A DNA stretch of 58,218 bases, the filler included, from Dugesia japonica (taxonomy: Eukaryota), in assembly GCA_001938525.1 (NCBI GenBank). It is 6 parts of 6 records of this genome, joined end to end, with 100 filler letters (N's around TTAATTAATTAA, not from the genome) between each part and the next. Parts side by side here need not be neighbours in the genome. Positions count along the whole stretch, not along the records: positions 40,800 to 49,096 come from MQRL01647469.1; positions 49,197 to 58,218 come from MQRL01497385.1; 4 more parts are not named here. One strand, written 5' to 3'. Positions 45,882-58,218 of the stretch are shown in pieces. The position numbers and the translations under genes were made by a program. Position 1 is the stretch's first letter. Each line of letters opens with the position of its first letter. The notes beneath the pieces were generated by a model that was given only the letters and a program-made list of their open reading frames with translations, made no database searches and had not been told where the DNA came from.

Positions 45882-48405
45882 TGTAGTTAGAAGTTACGCG
45901 AGAGTTACAAATCGAAATTATCAGAAACCTGTAAATCATACAGTGAATAGACATGTGGAGCAAAGAAAGGAAAAACAAAATATCGAATGTTGGTCATGCC
46001 ATACGATCGGTCATACTAAAGCAAATTGTCCGACAAAAAAGTGGATTAGTGCTGGAGTTTTCATAAAGCTGGACATATCAGTCGAGATTGTTCAAATAAA
46101 AAACCAACAAAATGTTTTGGTTGTGGAAATTTTGGCCATTTTANAAAGTTATATCAAGAAGTGAGGTGTAAACGATGTGGTAATAGTGGACATAGAGCAG
46201 AAGATTGCTACACAAATTTGAAAGCGAAAAGAACAAGTGAGAAATTTATGCCTGCAGAAAGATAAAGAAACAGATATATAATCGAGTAAATGCGAATGAA
46301 GATGAAGATGTTAATACAAACGATGAATATGAGGAAGTGTATGAAAGAGATTCTGAAAAGCAGAGGCTCCACCAGTAGAGGAGTTGGTTGGAGTCATCCA
46401 TTGTTAAATAAAGTTAGTAATTATCCTCATGGGGTTGAAAAGTGGGATGATATAGTAAAAGTTACAGAAAAAGTATACAGGTTCTTAAAGAGTGAAAATT
46501 TTGCAAATGATAGAAAAGTAGAATGGGTTCGAAAAGTTGAAGCAGAAAAGAAAACAAATATTTTGTACCATAAATTGCAAGGCATACAGAGTCTTACGGT
46601 ATCAATTCAAAGAAATAAAGTAGAATGTCTATTAGATACAGGGACTCGAATTAACGTGATGAGTTTGAGTTGTTTTAATAAATATCGAAAAGTAAATTTA
46701 GAAATGAGTGATGAAAAATGGTATTGTCCAAATAATAGTATACTTGAAATTGTTGGGAAAGTTAGAACCGGAGTGATAATTAATGAAGTTTGCAAAAAGA
46801 TTACTTTCTTAGTTGCTGAAAGAGTAACACCAGATCTGATAGGAGGAATAGATATGCAGAAGATTTTTGGATACCAGCTTATGCGAAAGGTTGATAGCAA
46901 AACGGATGACAAAGTCGAAAATTACATTTGCAATATTGAAACAAAATGCGGAAGACAAATTAAAAAAGGAGAGCATTAATTATTTTGAAGATTAAAGAGG
47001 ATCAACGGTTATTGAAAATAATTGAAAGTAAAGAAGATGCTTTTATGGCAGATAAATGGGATGTAGGTCGCACACAAAATAATCACAAGTAGTGAACAAA
47101 TCAATGTAAAACTGTATAGGCAACCAATAAACTTGAATCTAAAATTGAAGAAGCTATCCAAAACCTTTTGGAGAATAATATTATCCGGAAATACAACTCT
47201 CCATGAATACCCCACTAATCTGTGTTTAGAAAAAGGAAAGAAAGATACAAGAATGTTTGTATTTCAGACAGTTGAATGCACTAACGAAAAGAGAAGCCTG
47301 TTTGTCGATGAAATGCTGGACAAGTTAGATGGAGCCAAATACTTCAATTCAATAGATCTGGGAAATGCATACTATCAGGTAGAGTTCGAAAAAAAATCTC
47401 AAGAAAAAACGGCGTTTTCAACTATGCATGGACAATATTGTTTTAATAGAATTCCATTTGGCATTGCAGCGGCACCATGGGCATTTTAAGAAATGATGGA
47501 AAACGTGGTAGGCGGAATCAATGGGGCCATGGTTTATCTTGATAACATCCTGATATTTACGAACAATAAAGATCAACACTTTGAAGTAATTGAAAGAGTA
47601 TTGGCGGAAATAATGAAGGCTAAGAATTAATCCGGAAAAATGTCAGTTTCTTCAAAGCGAAATCAAGTTTCTTGGACACATAATTNNNNNNNNNNNNNNN
47701 NNNNNNNNNNNNNNNNNNNNNNNNNNNNNNNGAACATTAGGCAAACCTAACTGTGTAAAGAAGTTATGAAGTTTCTTGGGAATTTGTAATTATTATACGA
47801 AATTTATAGAAAACTACGCAAGAAAATCAAAGATATTAGAGCAGTTGTGTAGCGGACCAAGCAACCAGAAATTAGAATGGACAGATGAAGTGATACTTTT
47901 AGGGGTCTAAAAAAATCTCTAATGATTGCACCAATATTGTGTTTTCCGGACATAAACAAAGAATTTATATTTGATACGGATGCCCGTTTTGATACGATTA
48001 GAGCAGTATTGTAACAGAGAGCTAAAAAAGGAAGAAAAAGAGTTGTTGCCATATTGAATCACACTTACTGACAAGTCATGAAAAGGTATACTGCATTACA
48101 CAAAAGGAGTTATTGGCTGTGTATTATTTCTGTATACTTTTCAAACATTACTTGTACGGTAGAAGATTTACTCTTCAAACAAATCACAAAGTCCTAACTT
48201 TCATGATGACGACAAAGAAACCAATTACGTCGCAATTCCAGACATGGATTAATTTTCTGAGCAGTTTAGACATGGTTTTGGAATTCAACATGCTAATGCA
48301 GATATGTTATCTAGACCAAGATGTGAGGTATGTGTACAGTGTCAAATGTCACATGAAGATGCCAATAAAGGGAAGATTAAAACGAGAATACTGAACATAA
48401 TTGAA
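45882..48405 (+). mobile_element. Degraded Ty3/gypsy element, same family as 11362-14587 (gag 3' half, protease, RT, RNase H)
   Basis: High nucleotide similarity to 11968-14510. Four CCHC knuckles, LLDTGTRINV protease, IDLGNAYYQV, KTAFST, IPFG, VYLDN and RNase H. Truncated at both ends. Confidence 0.93.
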
Positions 48406-49096
48406 AAAAATAAAAAAAGAACATCATTTAAACATTTTTGAGTAAAAACAGTAATGATAATAATAATCAGAGGAATGAGAGGAATATTAACAATGAGGTA
48501 TAATATAAATGCTAATATTAATAGTGCTCATAAAATTAGAATTAATAATAATTGTAATAAGAATAAAATTAACCATAATAAATGAGATTACTAGTATCTA
48601 TTTCAGATATGTTACCCTGTTCTACGTTTATTTGATCCAAAAGCAGGATTAAAAATATAATAGTTGTAACGGATTGAAAAATATTTTAGTTCTGAGTATG
48701 ACAATAAATAAAAAATAAATCCAACATATTTTTGAGAATAATTTAATTTTAGCATAATAACAAGCAGAATCGACATACTTTTGTTTGATGACTACGCTGG
48801 GATCTAAACTGGAAATTGACTTTGAAACTTTCCTTAAAGAGTAAGATTATCGACGCTAATTGATGCGATCAAGATACAACAACGTTTAAAGATTTACTGC
48901 TTGTTTATATACCAAGCTTAGATGAGGCGTTGAACGCGAAATTCAGCAATTATCTATTGAAATTGATGGTGTAGTTGAATGATTGGACGTCGATTAGATT
49001 GAATTTAACAGATAGTTTCCGAACGAATGTCGATTATCATAATTAGGGCGATGTTTTCCTGAACAGAAGTCGATGACTTGTTCTTATAATTACCTG

Positions 49097-49196
49097 NNNN
49101 NNNNNNNNNNNNNNNNNNNNNNNNNNNNNNNNNNNNNNNNTTAATTAATTAANNNNNNNNNNNNNNNNNNNNNNNNNNNNNNNNNNNNNNNNNNNN
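49097..49196. other. Artificial contig-joining linker
   Basis: TTAATTAATTAA at 49141-49152 inside N runs. Confidence 0.97.
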
Positions 49197-50374
49197 TTCA
49201 CTGTCGATTAAAAACTAATTTTTACTTAATAAATTTACTCTTATAAATTTATATTCCCTTTGAAAGATAAAAACCCAATAAAATGTTATAATCTGATTAA
49301 TAATAATAATAATTAAAAAAATATCTGAAATAATAAAACTTAATAAATCATATCAATGGCAAGTTGAAACGTTATTATTATGACTTCAAATCACGATTTC
49401 TAATTGTTCATTTCATTTGATTTCTTTTGGAAATTTTATTGACAAAATTTCATGAAATTTATTTTTCTAATAACCATAGATATGTAAACCTAGTTAAATA
49501 AATTCATTAATTTTCAAAAGTCGAAATTAATTTAACAATTTCTTATACATATAATCATTTAAAAATTTGATAGGTTGTTTCTCGATGATAATGTTCATTT
49601 ATATTTTCATTACTTTATGTACAATTAGAGTTAAAATCTTTGGTTTTCTTACCAAATTATTTATGTATTCTTTTATGTTTAAACTTAAGAATGACTCCAC
49701 TTATGTTAAAATAATATCAAAGTTATTTATGTTATTTCACTTTACTCAAATTCAACAAAAAACAAAAAAGTATAACTACTAAAATTCCATTTATTGCAGA
49801 ACCAAGAATTTTCTAAAACCCATTAAATTATTTTACTAGAAATTATCATTTTTATCCAATCAAATTCGGTCATAACCTAAAATGCAAAAAGAATGAATAC
49901 AAAACCATATAAAATATAAGAGTGGAATAAAAATCCCTTGTGATTTTGATAGAAAAAATTAATAATTAATAATTTATAGAAATAATTAACATAAACCAAA
50001 GACAAAATTAAGCGCCTCTAAAATAATTAAAATTGAAAGATTTTTGGTGAATCTTAATTAACGTTAAATAATTTTAGAAAAAAAAAATTAAAAATAAAGA
50101 TAATTTAATTAATATTTATTTACTGTTGTTAGATTAATATTCACTTTCCGGCAATATTTTATGTCTAATAGAAATAACAGAATTCTATAGAATTAACGGA
50201 TAGCTCCAAATAGTATGACTCATACTATTAAATAGTATGACCAAAAAAAGTTCTTTTTTGAATTTTCATTATTATTTTATTCAATTATTTTACCAATGGT
50301 CATACTATTTATTAGTATAGTCATAAAAATAGTCATACTGGTAGTATATATATAGCCATACTAGTAGGAATAGT

Positions 50375-51920
50375 TAGGGTTTCTCATTTCTCAAAGTATT
50401 TTCATTCTCGAGAATTTCCGGAATAATATAAGTTTGCAATTTTAAAATAAATACATTTGTTTGAATATTTTAAAATATTTTATTAAAATGATATTTCAAA
50501 AAACATAATTTATTTGCTTATTTATCCGATAACTGTATTCAAAGTTTCATAATAAATGTTCCAGAAATTGGAAAATTACGTTCATTTTGAGTTGAGGTAA
50601 GTCTTATTGTCAGCAGCGCATCAAATAATTGTTGCAAATTTTGAGTAATATTTTCAGTACATTCGTAAATGTTAAATTATTTTGTCAATGAGCAAAATGT
50701 TTCACTATTTTTGTGAAGCTTTGTCGTGTCTGTAAACATAGATATTACCACTTTGTAATTGATCATACAAAGTTTTTACAATGGTATTTTCAGTTTCCAC
50801 TTGAGGTATAAATTCTAATTCAACGTTTAAATATATAAGCTTTCAATTCATCTAACAACTCATTGGCAATGCTGCTATTTTGATTTTTTAAATTATTAAA
50901 CAAAAAATGAAGTATACCTTCGCTGATCAATAGATTTTTAATTATGTTTGTTGAGCTCCTCCACAGCAAACTTAACAGTTTCCAACACATTTACAATTTC
51001 TTTAAAAACTTTTGTATCTTCTTTGTTCCACAGAAAGAATAAGTTTATTTCATTTGAAGCTTTAATGATATATTCTCCAATCTTCATAAATCGGAAAACC
51101 ACATTTAGTAAGCTATTTCAGAGAGTCTTGCAATCCAGAATTAACTGTAGTTCTCTTTTTTCAACAGTAACAACTTCTTTTTGAAGAATAGAATTTCTCA
51201 CTGGTGATCTTTTAAATAATTTTACAATTTTCCGGACAGTATCAATGGTTTCACGAACAGTTTTTGCTAAAACTAGTTCTTCATCTGACTCAACGACATC
51301 TTTTTCACTATCGTATATAAAATCACTTTCAATATTATTATCATCTTCATCGTTAGAAAATGATTCAATGTTGGCTTTTCTAGTATAAAAAACTTATATA
51401 ACCGCAAGATGGATTGCGTCATTATAACACAGTTGTTGAATGGAATGAGATCATTTTCCGAATTTCTTCATGACCGTTGCGCCAAAACTTGTTACAGCAA
51501 CTACATCTTTTTCGAATGATAATTTAAATGTTGTTAACATTTTGCCAACTAAATTTAAAGATGTTTCGGCTGGCAAGTGCCATGTATTCTTGCCAGTCTC
51601 AAATCAAGTGAATTTTCATTACAATATAAATGAACATTCAAGTATCTACGGTTTTTCAAACTTGTCAATTCATCAATTGAATTACTAGTCTTCTTATTTT
51701 GGTTTTTCAATATTATATTTTGGTTTATATACTCTAATTTAACTCTCTGGTAATATACAAAAATTATTTCCATAACATGAGAAGGATTTTTAGGAAGGTC
51801 AAAACCTTTGTTGTGCATGCTGTTTTGTAAAAAATCACTTTTTGTTATGGCATTTATGGAAAACCCATAAACGTCAGCAAGTTTTGCAACTAGCTCTGCA
51901 AGACCATNGGTGCAGTCCTG
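50375..51920 (-). mobile_element. hAT DNA transposon relic (transposase pseudogene plus probable 3' TIR TAGGGTTTC)
   Basis: SIDELTSLKNRRYLNVH (DxWT), VTSFGATVMKKFGK, AIHLAV, VRKIVKLFKRSPVRN, LILDCKTL*NS (TRWNS), and C-terminal ALLTIRLTSTQNERNF...LSDK dimerisation motif. Confidence 0.88.
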
Positions 51921-52384
51921 TGACTATCCAGTCCTGTTTTAGACGAACCTTTGCACTATACCTCATTAGAATATTAGAAATATTTCAAGAAAATTTGTTT
52001 TCTGACTTTATTATTATATGATGACAGACATTACTGTTTAGTTTAATATATATTTAAAAGATTATGAATTAAATTCTTACAAATAATGGTGAGCCGGTTT
52101 GAAAACCGAATGAGAATCCAAACGAATTTAATCTCAAAGGTAAAATTACAGTTTTACACAAGGAATTGATGTACTGGAATTTTTCTAATTCATTCTTTTC
52201 TCCAATTAAAATCTGAACAGTCTTGTTACTGAAAATAAATTTAGAAAATTTAAAAACTGATTTTATTCATTTATTTGATTAATTTTATCAGATAAACCCA
52301 AATGTTTTCACGTCTTTTGTTTAACAAACTCTGAAAGTCAAATAAAATGTAATATATAAATCAAATAATATGATTTTTTTCATA

Positions 52385-52845
52385 TAATTAGTCACCGTTA
52401 TAATGAACAACACTTTTCCAACGGGAAACAAGTTTGTAAATTCTATTTACAAGACAAAAAACATTCCAACTTCCTCTGAAATTTCTTTAATACATTAGAA
52501 ATTATTTTCTGTAGCTAATAACAGGAGATAGTTGAAATGTCGTGTGAATAATGTGAATGTGAAAGTATTTTCCATTGGAGCATTTTACTATTTTATTGAG
52601 TGATATTTGCAATATGAGGCCTTGCATTGTTGTGTAACATTATCACTTGATTTCTAATCACAGTCATAGGTTGTTTCTGAAGCAACTTTTCTTTGGCATG
52701 TTCTAGATGTTTTACTTAAATCTGTGAAGTTACTTTTTGATTTTTGTTCGGAGGCTCATAGGAAACAATAATATCTGCAGTCCACCATACATAAAGCAAG
52801 ATCTTTAAGACATGCTTTGGTCTCGCTTGTTTTTGGTAGAAGGTA
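52385..52845 (-). mobile_element. Mariner (Tc1/mariner) transposase relic
   Basis: KILLYVWWT..IVSYE, VIMLHNNARPHIA (HDNARPH), LQWKILSHSHYSHDIS (HPPYSPDLAP), and C-terminal KLVSRWKSVVHYNGD. Confidence 0.88.
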
Positions 52846-52879
52846 TCTATTTTTAATTAAAGGTTAACAAGCAATCCAA

Positions 52880-53790
52880 AAAATATTTGTATACAGGATT
52901 GCAACTGTAATACTTCACTTTATAAAAAACCAACAGACACATGACTTTATACCACTCCTAAAAGTTTTTTTGATGATCGATATAAGAATGGAATAACAAA
53001 ATGTTTGGTTCATCGAGTGTGGTGTATATCATCAAGCTTTGAGATTTCTGATGATTGTCTTAACAAATTAGATAGTAGTATTCGCGCTAATTGATAGCAT
53101 CAAAAAATGATTTATAATAATATAAGAAGTACTCTAAACAAACTGTGCTCAACATCAAATAATGATAAAGATGAAAACATTAAAAATAATCAATAAAAAG
53201 ATGAAAAAATAACTAAAAAACTACCATTCTTTGAAGGATCTAAATCATTAAAATGCTCTCTCATGAAATATTTTGATGATAATAAATTTAGATTAATTTT
53301 CATTTCAAAGAAAACTTCAAGTTATTTAAGCAAAAAATCTACTACACCAAAAGTTTTACTCGCTAACTTAGTTTATCAATTTAATTGTAACCGGTGTGAT
53401 GCCACGTACATTGGAGAGACAAAACGTCATCCTCGTACCCGTGTTATTACTCAAGCATATGCAATTGAGTATGAAAAGTTCGGTTTTAGATCATGACTGT
53501 TGCTGCTAAAATTGAAAAGGCAAAACAAGCATTGGTGAGTTTACAGTTTTGAACAGCGGTTTTGGTAACTATTTTGAATGAATTACGTAAGAGGCTTTAG
53601 AAATTGGGCCACATAATCCGATTCTTAATACTCAAATTGACACACATTCACTTTTAAATTTATTTTAATCTTATTTTATTGGATTGATTACGTAACTGGT
53701 TTTATTGGCCAGTATATAAACAATTTCCTTCTTGTTTTACCACAGTAACTTATGATGGACATAGATTTGTCCGAAACATGTATTACGAAA
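52880..53790 (+). mobile_element. Penelope-like element: RT C-terminus, GIY-YIG endonuclease and 3' tail
   Basis: YKKPTDT, YKNGITKCLVHR, KLPF, NLVYQFNCNRCDATYIGETKRH, EALEI..HNPILNTQ. The 3' non-coding part is shared with 32125-32260. Confidence 0.88.
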
Positions 53791-55929
53791 TATGTATACA
53801 TAAAAACATGTATATATAAAATATATATAATATTAGATCAAAATCAAATAATGTATTTTAGATAGTCGCTGTTTTATATTTTTTTATTCCACATTTTTAA
53901 CAGCCGATTGTGCTTGAATTTTTTATTTAGATGCCTCAATAAAATGAATATCGATTTAAGTAAAGAATTACTTGGTGCATTGAAAATTTAATTGGCATAA
54001 TGTCTCTCATATATGTTATTTATTATTTATGTTAATTGTTTTGTATTTGTGTAAAGAGAATTAGATGTACCATATTTTATTATATTTATGTCCCATTAAA
54101 ACAAATATTTGTTCAAAGCATATAATAAAAATTAATTTTATTAAGAATGAATTTCGAATGGTTTCAATCATTTCAAACTTGATAATTTCCGTCTAGTCTC
54201 ACAATGTCATTGATGTTTAAAAAAAACGAAAATTTATTCGAAATTTTTTTTTAACAGAAATGTTATAATTTTTTTGCTTGTTAATGAGCAACATATAAAA
54301 ATTAAAATAACAAGAGCAATCAGATTCAATTATAATGTAGAAATTTATTGATAAAGTCGCTTTGAGATTTCCGTTTAGTTGACGATTCTTGATAACGATA
54401 ATAGATTAATAAATAAACCGGTTTTTTTGTACATTGTTTAATGGTAGCTACGGTTAATTATAAATTTTGCGAATTTAAATTAGATAAAATTAGAGTTATT
54501 AAGTTAATTATTTAATTTTATGTAAAAATTTTTATAATTAAAACATATTTTGAAACTCTAATGGTGTGTCTAAAAATAGATTAATTGCAGAGTTCAGCTT
54601 TTATTTGAGATTTAAACTTCTCTCTTTCAAAATTTTACAAATAAATTAACTTAAAATAATTTTTTTACAATTACAAGAATTATTTCGAGAATAATTGTTC
54701 GACGTAATCATTGATCGTTTTTCAGAATTCATTAAAATAAAAGATTCGATAAATTTTATTTTTTTAAAAAAAAAATTATTTTTGATCGAAGCTTTTATTT
54801 GAATGAATTCTAAAAAAAATTTTGATAATAAAGAAAATTAAATTACTAAAAAAACACTATTATAAACACATATTTTCCATTTTAAAATGTTTAATGTTTA
54901 TTGAAGTACGAGTAATTTAAAATTTAATTACAATATGATTTTCAGAACTAACATGAGACATTTTTAGATTTGATAATTTATCTGCATTATCCAACTATGC
55001 GTCCAATTATTTTTCGATATTTCATTACTTGTTATCGACTTATCATAATCAAAGGTTTCCAGTAATTATTATAATAGTAGTTAGTTTTAACATTAATACA
55101 TTATTTATTGTTTACAACTGCAAAAATCAATTTCAACGAATTTCTCAGTTTAAGTTTTAAATGTTTCATAATATGACTTCTGTAAATAATGTAATAACCA
55201 GATTAATAATATGGCGCCCACCTGAGACGTAGGCTTTAAGTCCCGCTTACGCCTGCTTTGATTGACTCTATTTAATTTGATTGAAAAAAAAAATTCATTT
55301 CCTTCTTTTTTGTTTTAATAATACGTTTTTGAATATTAAAAATCATTTAAATTCTAAAGTGAACACCTCAGGCTAAACTTAGAGTATTTATTTCTTTATA
55401 AATTTATAAATAACATATGCTCAACTAGATAATCTTGGATTTATTCTAAATAAGATTATCAATTTACAATTATTACAAGAATATTTGGCATGTTTCTTAC
55501 AAAACTTGCTTATGAAATGATGCATAAAGATATAAATGAAATATGGAATAGGAGAAAATACTAATTTTATGAATCATGAGGTAAAACAATTTATCTAATT
55601 AAATCAATTCTTTCCAACCAAATGTTCAATATCTTTCTAATAATAATAGTAATAAAATTTTTAGAGTGGTACATGCATAGAATTTAGGCATTTAGGAGCC
55701 TTGGTCAGTAATCTATAATGGCGCCACACTCACGCACTGTTCCATGAATTTAAATAAATTTAAAAAAAATAAAAGCTAATTTTATCAATGGACTTTAATA
55801 TCTAAGCTTTGTACATTAAATAATGTTTCAATTTTAAAATTTACACATTAACCTATATTTACTAGGACCTTTATTTACCCAGTCATCTGCCATATTTGCC
55901 TCTATGGATATACATCATTAGATTATTGA

Positions 55930-56784
55930 ATAAGTGAATCAAAGTTCTTTATGTGATTAACAGTAAATTTATTGTTTTAAAATTTAAACCTTTAGCATCT
56001 GATGTGAGCTCAATGTCTACTGCGATTTCTTTCTCGATGGAGAGAATGGATATATTAGCCAAACGATACTGTGTCATCGTCGTGCGCAGATAATTTTTAA
56101 TTAGCTTCAGTTTTGAAAAACTGTCTTCTCTTAATTCTATGGTTATTTGAAGTTTCAGCAAAATTCTTGGTGTTACAGCTAAGTTTGAAAAAATTTACAG
56201 AATCTATTTTTACTGATATACTGCAAGATATGATATGGAGCATTTATTTCTTCATCTTCCTTCAGTGCAAGATGCAAAAAAGTTCATCACAAAGTTGCAG
56301 AACATCAATGTAATTCCTATTGTCATGTGCTAATATTCTTTCAAGGGTTTGGGATTTTACCAGTAAATTCTTTTTTAATTCTTTGAAAGACTCTTGATTT
56401 TCTAAAGAAACCTAAAACTAGAGTTGTACTCTTCCAGCTGTTTAAAGTGATTTGTAACAGACTGGATAACTGTATCCAAAACAGCAAAGACAAAATTGGT
56501 TCTAAAATAGTCGTGGATTTACCATGGGTTCATATGGTGACTCGAAATCAAAAAAACGTCTCTTCTTTGAACTCTTATTCCTTCGGTTACTGGAATAGTT
56601 GTGTCTTCCAAATCACTTTCCTTGGCTGATTCTTTGGAATCAGTTAATGCCTCCCAGAATTACGCATGAGAACGCCATCTACGAAAAAGGCATCAGTTTT
56701 GTTTAGTTGTTTGAATGTTTCTGATAAATCAAATGTTACACCTTGCAGCATTTTGCTTATAACGTTGACTTTATATAGTACTTT
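55930..56784 (-). mobile_element. hAT (ZMYM1/Tip100-like) transposase 3' relic, interrupted by a Polinton
   Basis: LYKVNVISKMLQG...DLS and the dimerisation domain EDSFSKLKLIKNYLRTTMTQYRLANISILSIE. Confidence 0.85.
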
Positions 56785-58200
56785 AGTAGATAGAAAGAAG
56801 CGCATCAAAACACTAGCAGTTATCGTGCATCCCTCCCTCGCGGAGAGGGCTCGGAAACACTCTATTGTGCTATGATTTTTTAATTATTTTTTTCTAAGAT
56901 TTTTGGGATCAAAAATTTTTTGATCAGATCAAATTTCTTTTGATCCTGGTGATGTGTGTTTGTTTTTTAATTTTAAAATTTGTGTGTTTGGGTTGTTAAA
57001 GTCTTTTTTAAAAAGTAGGTCAAGTTGAGTTGGTATGTGTGGTTGTGTGTGCTTGAAAGAAGTGTTTTGGACTCGAGGGGGAGCTGGAGATCTTGGAAAT
57101 ATTTTTTTTGGAGTTTTCAAGATTTGGTTGGTGTGGACAAAAATTTGGTCTATATTTTGTCTAAAAAATTTATGGGATTGGATGGATGGATTTTGCTAGA
57201 AGTGTGGTAGTGCATCAGATCAGTCGTACTAGTTATCGTGGGGTGTTTTTTAGGGAGGTTGTAGGTTTGTAGGAGGTTATTGGATTTGAATGGTTGATGT
57301 GTTTTTGGAGAGGTAATGTGATGGAAAATATTTTGTATGTCGAATGTACTTTGATGTTTTATTTAAAGGGGTTGAATTTGATTGGTTGATTTTTATAAGT
57401 AGTATAAAAGTGTTAAAAAAGTTTTTGGGGAGGTGGACAAAGGTATGTGTGCAAAGACAATTAATTATCAAATTTTTTAGGATGTATTTAAAATTTTTCG
57501 GGCTGAAGTGTATGACGTCATAATCTTTTGAAATCTTTATTTTGGTTAAAAATGCTGTATTTTGCTTTAAATGATAAATTTAATGAAAGTAATGGTATTT
57601 TTGTTAAAATGATGAATTTTTGAACAGGGAAATTTTGTTTTTTAATATTTTTGGATGTGGGAAGAGGATAGTCTTGATATTTTTTTTGGCAAGAAATTTA
57701 AAAGTTTTCTTTTCGGCGGAAATTCAAAAAAATATTTTTTTGGCGAGAAATTTAAAAATTTATTTTTGCATGAGAAATTTAAAATTTTTTTATTGAGCAG
57801 ACTTTATATTTATGTATGAGATGGAACTGTCTTCATATTTAGCATGGGTAGTTTCTATATTTAGTAACGGGGAGTTTCTAAATTTAGCATGGTATGGGAA
57901 GCCTCTCTTTTATGTATGAGACGGGGGATTTTCTATATTTAGCATAGTATGGGGCAGTCTTGATATTTTACATGGACGATTCTCTATATTTTGCATGTGA
58001 CCGTCTTGATATTTTGTATGGTATGAGGGAGTCTCTATATTTAGCATGGTATGAGGGAAGTCTCTATATATAGTATGGTATGAGGGGAGTCTCTATTTTC
58101 GTACAAGATATTGGACAGTCTTGATATTATTACACGATATCGGGCAGTCTTGATATTTTGTAAGATATTATTACAAGATATCCGTCAGTCTCTTCAAAAA
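56785..58200 (+). mobile_element. Polinton TIR arm, third long copy
   Basis: Starts AGTAGATAGAAAGAAGCGCATC exactly where hAT homology ends. Colinear with 14690-15730 and with the reverse complement of 25750-26800. Confidence 0.8.
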
Positions 58201-58218
58201 ACTTCAAAGAGTGCAGTC

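Noticed and set aside
1-58218. tRNA/rRNA genes and a species assignment
   Set aside because: No cloverleaf or rRNA-like tract was recognised; tRNA similarity is limited to PBS motifs. AT richness and tiny introns suggest a compact invertebrate genome but do not identify the organism.

Overview
AT-rich eukaryotic (animal-like) genomic DNA with very short introns (about 40-60 nt). The window is not contiguous: five identical 100-bp linkers (44 N + TTAATTAATTAA + 44 N) join six unrelated contigs of about 8-13 kb, so adjacency across a linker means nothing. Most of the sequence is decayed mobile DNA: three Ty3/gypsy LTR-retrotransposon relics, three Penelope-like GIY-YIG fragments, three hAT transposase relics, a mariner relic, Charlie-like MITEs, and many pieces of a Polinton/Maverick (adintovirus-like) lineage. 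The Polinton pieces are five AGTAG-like termini, long repeat-built TIRs, three pPolB 5' regions, two major capsid fragments and a small structural-protein ORF. Host genes are a spliced astacin, the last exon of a neuronal-calcium-sensor EF-hand gene, a secreted Cys-rich protein and an orphan Cys-rich ORF. Three results stand out. (1) A divergent, intronless TATA-binding-protein-like gene lies between two inverted Polinton TIR arms. (2) Two Polinton pPolB genes share an exon-intron structure, and all three copies carry an unrecognised N-terminal Cys/His domain. (3) A secreted protein has mirror-symmetric cysteines spaced 11 residues apart, which predicts a disulfide-laddered helical hairpin. 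All family assignments come from motif recognition by eye; no database searches were run.
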